A stretch of DNA of 64,000 nt from an uncultured bacterium (GTDB taxonomy: Bacteria; UBA8481): positions 22,280-86,279 of the forward strand of contig CAZCME010000010.1 in the NCBI GenBank assembly GCA_964499705.1, written 5' to 3'. Every line of letters begins with the position of its first letter. Position 1 is the stretch's first letter. Positions 48,310 through 57,371 of this stretch are shown piece by piece. A program made the position numbers and the translations under genes. The notes beneath the pieces were generated by a model. That model was not told the DNA's origin. It made no database searches and worked only from the letters and a program-made list of their open reading frames with translations.

Positions 48310-50006
48310 GAGAACGTTCCCTGCCTTAACTCTTTGGGCACGAATTCCAGGTCGCTCGCTTCCTTGATCGCCAGTTCGATCTGGAAAGCCATCACCTTCG
48401 GATCGACCGGCGGCTGGTAATCCTGGAGGCAGGCCGCCAGCGCTTCGATGGGCTTCAACTTTTTGACTTTCACGAGGCGGTAGATCTTCACGGATAATGC
48501 CTCGGCCGCTCCGGGGGTGAGGCGATCGGGGATCGCAGCTTCCATTTCGCCAAGCAATGTCTCGTCGATCTCCACGCCACGACGTTTGCAGAGCGCGCGG
48601 ATCAGGTTGTAGCCTTCCTTAGGAGTTGTCGTCGGGAAGATCGGTATCTTCACATCGACGCGGCCGGGCCGCTTCAGATCGACTTCAACGAGATCGGGCC
48701 GGGATGTCGCGAGGACCCATATGATCTTCCCGCGATTTTCCGAATCGCTCATCTCCTGCGCCAGCATCGAATAGACGCGGCCGGACAATCCCGAGTCATT
48801 CGACCCGGAATCGCGCTTGCCCATCGTCTGATCGGCTTCGTCGATGAAGACATAGCATCGGCCGAGCGCCCGCAGCAGCCGGAAGATCTTCTCGAGATTC
48901 GACTCCGTGCTGCCGACCCACTTGTCGCGGAAATTCTTGAGCTTCACGACCGGCACGGCCGCCTCCCCGGCGATGCACTCGACCATGAAGGTCTTGCCGG
49001 TGCCGACCGGTCCGCAGATCAGGTAGCCCTTCGGCAGGGCGTCGATGTCGTTCTTGCGCCACAATTCGATATCCTGCCGGATCCAGGTCTTGATCTTCTC
49101 CTGACCGTACAACGCGTCGAGATTCTTCTTCGGCTCGATGAATTCTATGAGGCCGTTGCAGTCGTTCTCGATCAGTTCCTTCTTCAGTTTCGAGAGATCC
49201 GCCTCCGCCAGCGCGATGTTCGCGTGCTCCTTCGTCTTCAGAAGGCTCTCGATCGAGGCGAGCGTTGCTCCGCGCAAGGCTTCCGCGGGCGCCGTGTGAT
49301 CGTCCTTGAACGGCGCGAGCGCGGTCGGATATCGCGGTGCCATGATGCGGAATGCGGATGCGAGATCCGCCGATTCCGGAAGGGGGACCTTGATGCGGGA
49401 TGCGCGTGGATGATTGACGAGCAGGGGATGGAGGTCGTTCAGGTTTTCGGCGACGAGAAACGTCACGAGGGCATGTTCCGTCAGGAGCGTCTCGCTCGAC
49501 CAGTCGCGCATGAGAAACGCGAGCGCGTTCAGGTCGTAGTTCAGGCCCTGCGGCAGGGCGGGCGCCAGGAGGTGCGCGTCGCGGATGATGCATCCGACAT
49601 GCGGCGCGGGCTTGCCCAGCCGCGCGAGATTCGCGGTGTAACGGAAATAATGCGTCAGCGTTTCGATCGCGGGGCGCGGAGCGCGAGGCAGGTCCTGCCC
49701 CTTGAAGGCGGGCCACTGCGTGAAGGTTTCTCCGCCCTTGTCGATCCGTATTCCGTTGCCGAGATCGAAGTTCAGGACGACGTCGAACGAAGGCATCAGG
49801 ATGCGGATCAGGAAATCATGCAGGCTTCCCAGCTCCGGTTGCTTCAGCGGCAGGATCAACCGGTCGTGGACGTTTCCGTGCAGGATGAACTGGTTCCGGG
49901 AACCGCTCTCGTACTGACCGATCAGTTCCAGAGCCCAGGCGGGAAGCGACGTTTCTTTATCGGATCCCGGACTCGCGAGATCCTTGTCCGCAGATTTCGG
50001 TTCCAC
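48306..50006 (-). CDS. AAA+ ATPase (classic AAA clade, single C-terminal AAA domain with a roughly 300-aa N-terminal domain)
   Basis: Walker A ICGPVGTGKTF. Walker B VFIDEAD. Sensor/arginine-finger region ATSRPDLVEVDLKRPGRVD. Sits 32 nt downstream of the PspA-family gene on the same strand. Confidence 0.8.
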   Translation of the reverse strand: MEPKSADKDLASPGSDKETSLPAWALELIGQYESGSRNQFILHGNVHDRLILPLKQPELGSLHDFLIRILMPSFDVVLNFDLGNGIRIDKGGETFTQWPAFKGQDLPRAPRPAIETLTHYFRYTANLARLGKPAPHVGCIIRDAHLLAPALPQGLNYDLNALAFLMRDWSSETLLTEHALVTFLVAENLNDLHPLLVNHPRASRIKVPLPESADLASAFRIMAPRYPTALAPFKDDHTAPAEALRGATLASIESLLKTKEHANIALAEADLSKLKKELIENDCNGLIEFIEPKKNLDALYGQEKIKTWIRQDIELWRKNDIDALPKGYLICGPVGTGKTFMVECIAGEAAVPVVKLKNFRDKWVGSTESNLEKIFRLLRALGRCYVFIDEADQTMGKRDSGSNDSGLSGRVYSMLAQEMSDSENRGKIIWVLATSRPDLVEVDLKRPGRVDVKIPIFPTTTPKEGYNLIRALCKRRGVEIDETLLGEMEAAIPDRLTPGAAEALSVKIYRLVKVKKLKPIEALAACLQDYQPPVDPKVMAFQIELAIKEASDLEFVPKELRQGTFS

Positions 50007-50038
50007 CTATGATGTCCTTGCCGCGCCGGTATTCCTCT

Positions 50039-50779
50039 TCAGGCTGCCGTCGTCTCCGGTCCCATCGTCTTGGTCGTCGCGGCTCCGGATCCGACTCCTT
50101 CGAGCGCGATGCCTTCGTGCGCGGCGAAGTCGGCGAGCGCCTGTTCCGCGAGCGCATTCTGCTCGCCTTCCTTCAGGACCACATCGGTCATCTCCAGGGA
50201 GTCTCTTGCGACGCGAGCGCGTCCCGCCGCTTTCGTTCGATCTTCCTCAACCATCGTATGAAGCCGATCCAGTGTGTCGCCGGAACCGCCGATGGTCGTG
50301 ATCATGCCGGAAGCCATCTCCGTCAATTCCGCCATCGCCTTCTTCATCTTCAGATCGTCAATGGAGGACTTCAGCGCTTCCATCTTCGCCCTCGCCGCGT
50401 TGACGGCGACATCGCGGGCGCGGACGAGGTTCTTGTAGGTTTCTTCAGACGACGCGAGCTGTGTTCTATTTTCTTCCAGCTCACGAGCGACGGTCTGCAG
50501 GCGCAGCGCATACTGTCCGGCGGCCTGCCGGTTGCCGGCCTTCAGGTTGGCCGATGCCTTGGCGCGAAGATCGCGCTCCTCGGTTTCGAGCCTTTTCACC
50601 TGCGTCATCAGGCGCTCGCAAAGTCCGGCGTGTGAGGCCAGGCCCATGTTGTATTTGCCGATCTGCTCCCGAAGATTTTCCTTCTCCACTTCGAGAAGCG
50701 CTTCCGGATTCTGTCGCTCCATGCCGCTGATGAAGAGCCCGAGAAAACCCCGGACCAGGTTCGATAAGCGTCTGAACAT
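50039..50779 (-). CDS. pspA: PspA/IM30/Vipp1 family protein (bacterial ESCRT-III-like)
   Basis: MFRRLSNLVRGFLGLFISGMERQNPEALLEVEKENLREQ matches the conserved PspA N-terminus. The rest is long coiled-coil. 246 aa. Confidence 0.8.
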   Translation of the reverse strand: MFRRLSNLVRGFLGLFISGMERQNPEALLEVEKENLREQIGKYNMGLASHAGLCERLMTQVKRLETEERDLRAKASANLKAGNRQAAGQYALRLQTVARELEENRTQLASSEETYKNLVRARDVAVNAARAKMEALKSSIDDLKMKKAMAELTEMASGMITTIGGSGDTLDRLHTMVEEDRTKAAGRARVARDSLEMTDVVLKEGEQNALAEQALADFAAHEGIALEGVGSGAATTKTMGPETTAA

Positions 50780-51045
50780 CTATGCCCTGACCTCCTGTGT
50801 GATCCTGCCGCGATCATAGGGAGAGATAATACCGGCGTCTACAGCGGATTGGCCCGCATAGAAGTTCCCCATCCGAAGGCGGGAAATTTAACAGGATGGG
50901 CAGGATTTGAGAGGGATGAAAACCACTCCCCGATAACAGGACTACATTACCTTCATTTCCACTGAAAATCGATCCTGCCTATCCTGCCTATCCTGCTCAT
51001 CCTGTTAATATTGTTTGGAACTTCTGTGGCCCGCGGATGGGCCCG

Positions 51046-52113
51046 TCACCGCGCCCCCTTGTTCGACCGCGCGATCCGGGCGAGCGTTTCGTTGTCCGCC
51101 AGGATCGCGATGTGGTCTCCCGTGTCCAGGATCACTTCGCCGGCGGGATGCATGTCGACCGGTCGATTCTTCACATGGTGAGCCATGATCGTGGCATCGA
51201 ACGTCCGCTCGACTTCGTCGACGCGCTTTCCCGCCAGCTCCCCCGCGGCGACCACCGTCAGCTGGCCGATGGAGAGCATGCGATTGTCGAAGTAGAAGGA
51301 GTGCACGATGTCCATCTCGGCGGCCGCGTAGGCGAAGGCCGGCGCGGAGAGCGACGACGTGGAGAACGCCATCATGCGGGCGGATTTTTCGATCTTGTCG
51401 GCCAGGCTCTGGTCGAACATCCGGAGAACGACCCGGATGTCGGGGCGAACTTCGCGCGCCGTCAGGCCGGCGTCGAGATTCACGAGGTCGTCGTTGGTGG
51501 CGGCGATGAGCGCTTTGGCGTGCGCGAGGCCGGCCTCATGGAGGACGGGGGCATATTTCGCGTTGCCCGTCAGGACGCACGTACCCGCGTTGCGCACGAT
51601 CTCGAGAAATTCCGCGTCGCCTTTCTTCTCGATGACGACGACTTCTTCTCCCATCCTGTCCAGTTCCTTCCAGATCTTGAAGCCCACCTTTCCCAGTCCG
51701 CAGAGAATGATGTGATCCTTGTGCGTTGCCGCGAGCGCCATCTGCCATGCCTCCAATCGATTGGATCTGTTAAAGAGCGAAACGCCGAACCGCATGAGCC
51801 CGTCGCCGACGGCGACGAGACCGAGGAGCGGCACGAGAAAATACGCGATGTTCATCATGAACCCGCCGTGATACGGCAGCGGGTTGTTGCCGAGGATCAT
51901 GATGAGCGAGGTGTAGAGCGCCTGCGGAAAGGGGATCGCTTCGCCGGGATAGCACCAGTGCAGGATGGAGGCGCCCGCCAATAATACAAGCAGGAACGCG
52001 GCGATCGCTCCCCATGAGTTCATGACGATGATCCGCGTGTCCCGCAAAAGGGCGTTGAATCTTCTCCGCGCGCGGCGCTTCATTCGGCGTGAACCCGCTT
52101 TTTCATCCGTCAT
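51046..52113 (-). CDS. Membrane protein with a TrkA-N/RCK domain (putative ion-channel-like protein)
   Basis: N-terminal TM segments, then ILCGLGKVGFKIWKELDRMGEEVVVIE (a Rossmann GxGxxG RCK motif). No canonical TVGYGD selectivity filter was seen. The ORF-track N-terminal extension to 52911 is junk. Confidence 0.6.
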   Translation of the reverse strand: MTDEKAGSRRMKRRARRRFNALLRDTRIIVMNSWGAIAAFLLVLLAGASILHWCYPGEAIPFPQALYTSLIMILGNNPLPYHGGFMMNIAYFLVPLLGLVAVGDGLMRFGVSLFNRSNRLEAWQMALAATHKDHIILCGLGKVGFKIWKELDRMGEEVVVIEKKGDAEFLEIVRNAGTCVLTGNAKYAPVLHEAGLAHAKALIAATNDDLVNLDAGLTAREVRPDIRVVLRMFDQSLADKIEKSARMMAFSTSSLSAPAFAYAAAEMDIVHSFYFDNRMLSIGQLTVVAAGELAGKRVDEVERTFDATIMAHHVKNRPVDMHPAGEVILDTGDHIAILADNETLARIARSNKGAR

Positions 52114-52202
52114 GGAACTCAGGTCGATGGAGGAAGCGGTGAACCAGCGGTTTGTACCCGCGATTTGTTCTGAAGGTTGCGACGGATCGGGCGCGCCCGT
52201 GA

Positions 52203-53291
52203 TCAGTCTTCGACCTCGGTCCGGAGCGCCGCGAATCCGGGCTTGATGATATTGTAGATGAGCTTCAATCGCTTCTTGTACGGAAAGAACGCCGACTTCA
52301 TCGCGTTCAACATCAGCTTCTCCACATCGTCGAAGGTGAGATTCCACTGGTTGACGATCGTCATGATCTCCTTCGTCATCGTCGTGTCCGACATCAGGCG
52401 GTTGTCCGTGTTGACCGTCACGCGGAACCGATACCGCCAGAAGATCCCGAAGGGATGCTCGGCGATGGAGTTCGCGGCGCCGGTCTGGATGTTCGACAGC
52501 AGGCAGATTTCCAGGGGGATGCGCTTGTCGAGAACATACTGGGCGAGCGTGCCCATGCTGTGGACTTTGCCCTCGTCGTCGATCGTCATGTCCTCGATGA
52601 GGTGCGTCGCGTGGCCGATCCGGTGCGCTCCGCACCACTGGATCGCCTGCCAGATCGATTTCATGCCGAAGGCCTCGCCCGCGTGGATCGTGATATTGAA
52701 GTTCTCGCGCTGGATGTGATGGAAGGCGTCGACGTGTTTCTTCGGAGGGTGGCCGGCTTCCTCGCCGGCGAGGTCGAAGCCGATGACGCCGCGGTTGCGG
52801 TAGGCGACCGCGAGCTCGGCCATCTCCATGGCGATCTCCGGATCCATGTTCCGCATCGCGCAGATGAGGATCCCCCAGGCGACGCCGGTCTCCTTTTCGG
52901 CGCGCGCGCAACCGGACAGGACGGCGTTCATGACGGCTTCGAGCGAAAGCCCCTTCTGAGTGTGGTAGCCGGGATGGAATCGCAGTTCGATGTACGCGAT
53001 GTTGTCGGCGGCGGCATCGACGATGGCTTCGTAGGCGATTCGTTCGAGCGCTTCCTTCGATTGCATCACGGCGATCGTCGTTCCGAAACCTTCGAGGTAG
53101 AGCGGGAGGCTCTTGCGATTGCAGCCGCGATGAAACCAGGCGGCGAGCTTCGCGGGATCGGACTCCGGGAGATCGACCTTTTCCTTCTCGGCGATTTCAC
53201 AGATGGTTTGCGGGCGGAGGCATCCGTCCAGGTGTTCATGCAGGAGAACTTTCGGCATCCGCCGGACGATCTCCTCGGTAAGCGGGATCAT
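52203..53291 (-). CDS. add: Adenosine deaminase
   Basis: PKVLLHEHLDGCLRP (the HxHxDG metal site). HAGEAFG. SLNTDD-like VNTDNRLMSDTT. Internal start (minus strand, read as cat at 53289-53291). The upstream 376 aa of the listed ORF are junk. Confidence 0.8.
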   Translation of the reverse strand: MIPLTEEIVRRMPKVLLHEHLDGCLRPQTICEIAEKEKVDLPESDPAKLAAWFHRGCNRKSLPLYLEGFGTTIAVMQSKEALERIAYEAIVDAAADNIAYIELRFHPGYHTQKGLSLEAVMNAVLSGCARAEKETGVAWGILICAMRNMDPEIAMEMAELAVAYRNRGVIGFDLAGEEAGHPPKKHVDAFHHIQRENFNITIHAGEAFGMKSIWQAIQWCGAHRIGHATHLIEDMTIDDEGKVHSMGTLAQYVLDKRIPLEICLLSNIQTGAANSIAEHPFGIFWRYRFRVTVNTDNRLMSDTTMTKEIMTIVNQWNLTFDDVEKLMLNAMKSAFFPYKKRLKLIYNIIKPGFAALRTEVED

Positions 53292-53429
53292 GCACGGATA
53301 TTTGCATGGGTTGAGTTGTGCGTCAAGACACACACGCGTTGGAAGAACGAAAGATTTTGGAACCGGTTCGCGCATGCACGGTCTATAATCGCTGGAATGC
53401 ACAATCTGTTCGCACCGAGGGAGGCTCCC

Positions 53430-54578
53430 ATGAAGAAATTGTCCGGATCCCTGATCATCGCGCTCGCCTTGATGGCCGCGGTCTTCACATCGTCCGCGCC
53501 CGCGCGCATCAAGCTTGTCACTCTGCCGGATCGGGCGAACATCTCCCTCTCCATCGAGCATCCGACGGCGAATCTCATCCAGGAAGAACGCGTGCTGTCG
53601 CTGCAAAAGGGTGTGAACCAGGTCGATTTCAACTGGCAGGGCGTGCAGATCGATGCGTCGGCGGTGCTGCTGGAACCGTTGGAACATCCCCAGGAAGTGA
53701 CGTTGATTTCCGTTCAGTATCCGCCCGGAGAAAACGCGCTCGTGTGGGAAGTCTATTCGCCGCGGGCTATGGCGGAGCGGGTACGCGTGACCTATTTTCT
53801 CGACGGGATCGGGCGCGAAGTGACCTACAGGGCGGTCGCCGACAAGGACGAGGAGAAACTCTCCTTCAAGCAGTACATCCGCCTTCGGAATGATTCCGGA
53901 GAGAAGCTCGACGGCGTGAAGATCCTCTCGGGATTCGCTCCGGAATATGCGACCGATCTCGATAACGGGGAGATGCGCCAGACTCTGGCAGGATCGAACA
54001 CGATCCCGCTGAAGAGGACCTTCACATGGGACTCCCTGGAAAAGCCTCACGATCCGTCGAAGGAACAGATGAACGTCGGCGTGCCGATTCACTACGTGAT
54101 CGCGAATACCGCGGAAGCTGGGCTCGGCCGCGCGGCGCTGAAATATGGAAAGGTGCGCGTCTTCCAGGATGACGGCCGGGGCGGGACGGCGTTTCTCGGG
54201 GAGGACTGGGGCGAGTACGCTCCGGTATCGAAGGATATGAAGGTGGGAGTCGGCGAGTCGAGGGATATCGTCGTGACGCGGAAGCAGCTGGAGCTGGAGC
54301 GGACGCGCGAGCGTCGCAATGCGCGGAACGAAGTGGTGATCTACGACACGAAGGAGAGCTATGAGGTTGTCGTCGAGAACCGCCGGAACAAGGATGCCGT
54401 CATCACCGTCGTCGATCACTTCGATGAAACATGGGATGTCGCGTCCGCGTCGCAGAAGTGGGAGCGCAAGGATTACCGGACGCTGAAGTTCGAAGTGCCC
54501 GTTCCGGCATCGGACTCCGTGACGGTGAATTTCGTCATCGCGCGCAGCAACCTGCGTCCTTCGGGAGCGCTTCGATGA
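53430..54578 (+). CDS. DUF4139/DUF4140-like secreted protein (MuiA-like), paralog 1
   Basis: RBS GAGGGAGG before ATG 53430. Signal peptide. Shares conserved blocks with the next two genes (VxFxWxG..IDxxS, YxxxGLxWxADYEGLVD, VKxxNxSGE.xDxxxIxLVxGxIHLVENIA). Confidence 0.6.
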   Translation: MKKLSGSLIIALALMAAVFTSSAPARIKLVTLPDRANISLSIEHPTANLIQEERVLSLQKGVNQVDFNWQGVQIDASAVLLEPLEHPQEVTLISVQYPPGENALVWEVYSPRAMAERVRVTYFLDGIGREVTYRAVADKDEEKLSFKQYIRLRNDSGEKLDGVKILSGFAPEYATDLDNGEMRQTLAGSNTIPLKRTFTWDSLEKPHDPSKEQMNVGVPIHYVIANTAEAGLGRAALKYGKVRVFQDDGRGGTAFLGEDWGEYAPVSKDMKVGVGESRDIVVTRKQLELERTRERRNARNEVVIYDTKESYEVVVENRRNKDAVITVVDHFDETWDVASASQKWERKDYRTLKFEVPVPASDSVTVNFVIARSNLRPSGALR

Positions 54579-55921
54579 CGGGGAAATACCAAATACCGAA
54601 TATCAAATATCAGATATCAAAAGTGGTGATTGCGGCGGGCGTCATTTTTCTCGCTTCGCTTGCTGCGGATGCCCGCGTCGGGCTCGTCACCGTGCCGCGC
54701 CGGGACGCGGTCCAGGTCACGATCTACAATTCCGCCGACTTGACTCTTGTTCGGGAGCAGCGGCTGTTGACGCTAGCCAAGGGCAGGAACAAGCTGGAAT
54801 TTTCCTGGGCAGGGACGCTCATCGATCCGACCTCGATCCAGTTCGAGGCCAAAACGCACGCGGACAAGGTGGAAGTGATCGATGTTTCGTTTCCGGCACA
54901 GGCTCCGAATGCGCTCGTCTGGAACGTGGAATCGGAGCAGGAAGGCGAGGTCCTGGTGGAGATTTCCTACTTCACATCGGGTCTCACCTGGTCCGCCGAC
55001 TATGAAGGGCTTGTGGACGCGGCCGGGAAAAGGATGAAGATCGCCTCGTTCGTGAAAGTGACGAACAGGTCCGGAGAAGAATACGACGGCGCGCAGGTAA
55101 GGCTTGTCGTCGGGAAGATTCACCTCGTGGAGAATATCGCGGAACTGGCGAACCGGGCGGGACGGCCGGTGCCGGCTCCCGTGCAGTCGCGAGCACGCGC
55201 AATGATGAGGAGACCATCGGCGGCCGCGCCTGCGCCGGCGATGGGAATGCTGATGGCGGAGTCGGCCGGGCCGCCGGAGATCATCCGCGAAGGCCTCTCG
55301 GAGTATTTTCTCTACACGGTCGCGGGAGTTCATGCCGTTCCCGACCAGTGGTCGGTCCGTTGGCCGAACTTCGCGAAAGACAATGTGGAGATCGAGAATT
55401 TCTATCGGTATGAACAGGGCCGGTATAACCAGCCCCAGCGGTTTGTGCGCCTCCGGAACGACAAGCCGCACAACCTCGGCGAGGAACCGCTGCCCGACGG
55501 CGAGGTCTTGATCTACCAGTCGCGTGAAAACAACACCCGATACTTTTTCGGTCGATCGCTCTCCAAATACATTCCGATCGGCGAGACCTGGGAGATCGAC
55601 CTGGGAGCGGATCCGGAAGTCGTCGTGAAGCCGACCCTGGCAAGATGGGCCGTCACGGATGTGGAATTCCACGATAACAGCGAGCCATCGGGCTGGGATG
55701 TGAAAGAGGACTGGACCATCGAGATCCTCAACTCCCGCAACCAGCCGATCTCCATCGAAGCCGACCAGAACTTCAGCGGCGACTTTGCTTTTGCAAGCGA
55801 AGCGAGTCATGAGAAATACGATCTCGACTCGATCCGCTTCAAGAGAACGCTCCAGCCGCAATCGAGCGAAGTGCTCTCCTACTCCATCACCACCCGCAAG
55901 GGCACCCGTGCTCGGAGGTAA
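54575..55921 (+). CDS. DUF4139/DUF4140-like secreted protein, paralog 2
   Basis: ATG overlaps the upstream stop (ATGA). Signal peptide VVIAAGVIFLASLAADA. VTIYNSADLTLVREQRLLTL, ...EFSWAGTLIDPTSIQFEA, and C-terminal ...TTRKGTRARR shared with paralog 3. Confidence 0.6.
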   Translation: MTGKYQIPNIKYQISKVVIAAGVIFLASLAADARVGLVTVPRRDAVQVTIYNSADLTLVREQRLLTLAKGRNKLEFSWAGTLIDPTSIQFEAKTHADKVEVIDVSFPAQAPNALVWNVESEQEGEVLVEISYFTSGLTWSADYEGLVDAAGKRMKIASFVKVTNRSGEEYDGAQVRLVVGKIHLVENIAELANRAGRPVPAPVQSRARAMMRRPSAAAPAPAMGMLMAESAGPPEIIREGLSEYFLYTVAGVHAVPDQWSVRWPNFAKDNVEIENFYRYEQGRYNQPQRFVRLRNDKPHNLGEEPLPDGEVLIYQSRENNTRYFFGRSLSKYIPIGETWEIDLGADPEVVVKPTLARWAVTDVEFHDNSEPSGWDVKEDWTIEILNSRNQPISIEADQNFSGDFAFASEASHEKYDLDSIRFKRTLQPQSSEVLSYSITTRKGTRARR

Positions 55922-55926
55922 ATACG

Positions 55927-56046
55927 GGGACAGTATACTGATTTTCCGTGAATTTATTCACGGCTGTCTGCGCGCCCTCCGCCGCCCCGCTGATGGCGGC
56001 GGCTTCTTCTCAATCCGTCCGGTCGGAATAATAGTATACTGTCCCC
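55927..56046. repeat. MITE-like inverted-repeat element (14-bp perfect terminal inverted repeats GGGGACAGTATACT / AGTATACTGTCCCC)
   Basis: 55927-55940 and 56033-56046 are exact reverse complements. An internal hairpin ccgtgaatttattcacgg. It shares GGGGACA...TGTCCCC termini with the element at 31152-31314. It begins 5 nt after the stop of paralog 2. Confidence 0.6.
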
Positions 56047-56090
56047 ATATTATTCTCATCGCTCTGCTGGGGACGGCGGCGTATGCGCGC

Positions 56091-57371
56091 ATGGGGATCG
56101 TCACGATCCCGAAGCGCGATGCCGTGCAGATCACCATTTACAATTCGGCCGATCTGACGCTCGTACGGGAACGACGGCTCCTCACCCTTTCGAAGGGGAA
56201 GAACCGGCTGGAGTTTTCCTGGGCGGGCACGCTCATCGATCCCACATCGATCCAGTTCGACGCGAGGACGCACGCGGATGAAGTCGAGTTGATCGATCTC
56301 TCCTTTCCACCCGGCGCTCCGAATGCGCTCGTCTGGAATATCGAATCGAAATATGAGGGCGAAGTGGCGGTGGAGATCTCCTATTTCACCTCGGGCCTTT
56401 CCTGGTCGGCGGATTACGAAGGGCTCGTCGATGCGGACGGCAGGAAGATGAAGATGGCATCCTACGTCAAGGTGACGAACGGATCCGGCGAAGATTACGA
56501 CGATGCGCAGATCAGGCTTGTCGTGGGGACGATTCACCTCGTGGAGAACATCGCGGACCTGGCGAACAGGGGAGGGCGGCCGATACCGGTGGAAGTGCAG
56601 TATGAGGCGCGGGAGGAGATGAGCGAGTCCATGATGGATTGGGATAAAAGTGCCATCGCCATCAGCGGCTCCATGGATGGCGTCCTGGGAAGCGGCGCGT
56701 ATGCGCTCGACGCCATTGCTCCCCCCGAGATCATCCGCGAAGGACTCTCCGAATATTTTCTCTACACCGTCTCCGGAATTCATGCGGTGCCCGACCGGTG
56801 GTCCGTCCGATGGCCGAATTTTTCGCAGGACGGGATCGAGATCGAGAATTTCTATCGCCAGGAGGAAGGCCGCTACGACGACGCGCGCCGCTTTGTCCGC
56901 CTGAGAAACGACAAGGCGCATCATCTGGGCGAGGAACCCCTGCCGGATGGCGCGGTGCTCGTGTATCAAGTGCGCGCGCGGGGCGAACGGATCTTTCTTG
57001 GTCGGGCAAATTCGAAATACATTCCCATCGGAGAAACCTGGGAGATCGACCTGGGCGCCGATCCGGATGTGACCGTGAAGCCGAGGCTTCTGAAACGCTC
57101 CGTCGAGAGCGTCGAGTTCAACAATCGAGGGAATCCCGCCGGATGGGACATTCGCGAGGAGTGGCGGATCGAGATCCTCAATTCCCGAGACGGAGCCATC
57201 GAGATCGAGGTCGACAGGAATCTTGACGGGGATTTCGATTTTCGCTCCGACGTCCGTCACGAGAAATACGATCTCGACACGTACCGGTTCAAGAGAATCC
57301 TGAAGCCGCAGGAGCGTGAGGAAATTCCCTATGTCGTGACAACGCGGAAGGGAACCCGCGCCCGGCGATGA
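56091..57371 (+). CDS. DUF4139/DUF4140-like protein, paralog 3 (5' end apparently disrupted or displaced by the inverted-repeat element)
   Basis: From ATG 56091: MGIVTIPKRDAVQITIYNSADLTLVRERRLLTL.... An in-frame upstream signal-peptide-like stretch IILIALLGTAAYA runs into the element's right terminal repeat, with no ATG/GTG/TTG. Confidence 0.5.
   Translation: MGIVTIPKRDAVQITIYNSADLTLVRERRLLTLSKGKNRLEFSWAGTLIDPTSIQFDARTHADEVELIDLSFPPGAPNALVWNIESKYEGEVAVEISYFTSGLSWSADYEGLVDADGRKMKMASYVKVTNGSGEDYDDAQIRLVVGTIHLVENIADLANRGGRPIPVEVQYEAREEMSESMMDWDKSAIAISGSMDGVLGSGAYALDAIAPPEIIREGLSEYFLYTVSGIHAVPDRWSVRWPNFSQDGIEIENFYRQEEGRYDDARRFVRLRNDKAHHLGEEPLPDGAVLVYQVRARGERIFLGRANSKYIPIGETWEIDLGADPDVTVKPRLLKRSVESVEFNNRGNPAGWDIREEWRIEILNSRDGAIEIEVDRNLDGDFDFRSDVRHEKYDLDTYRFKRILKPQEREEIPYVVTTRKGTRARR

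Noticed and set aside
50780-51045. Sigma-54 (-24 GG / -12 GC) promoter for pspA
   Set aside because: I looked for GTGCCA...TGCAA on the plus strand (TGGCAC-N5-TTGCA on the coding strand) and found no match. The PspF-dependent architecture is not supported by the sequence.
52114-52911. N-terminal 266 residues of ORF 51046..52911
   Set aside because: Arg/His/Asp-rich junk. The real channel-like gene starts at the internal Met (52113).
53292-54419. N-terminal 376 residues of ORF 52203..54419, and the junk N-terminal portion of ORF 52455..54578
   Set aside because: Antisense to each other. Only the adenosine deaminase part (minus) and the signal-peptide-bearing DUF4139-like part (plus, from 53430) have protein-like sequence.
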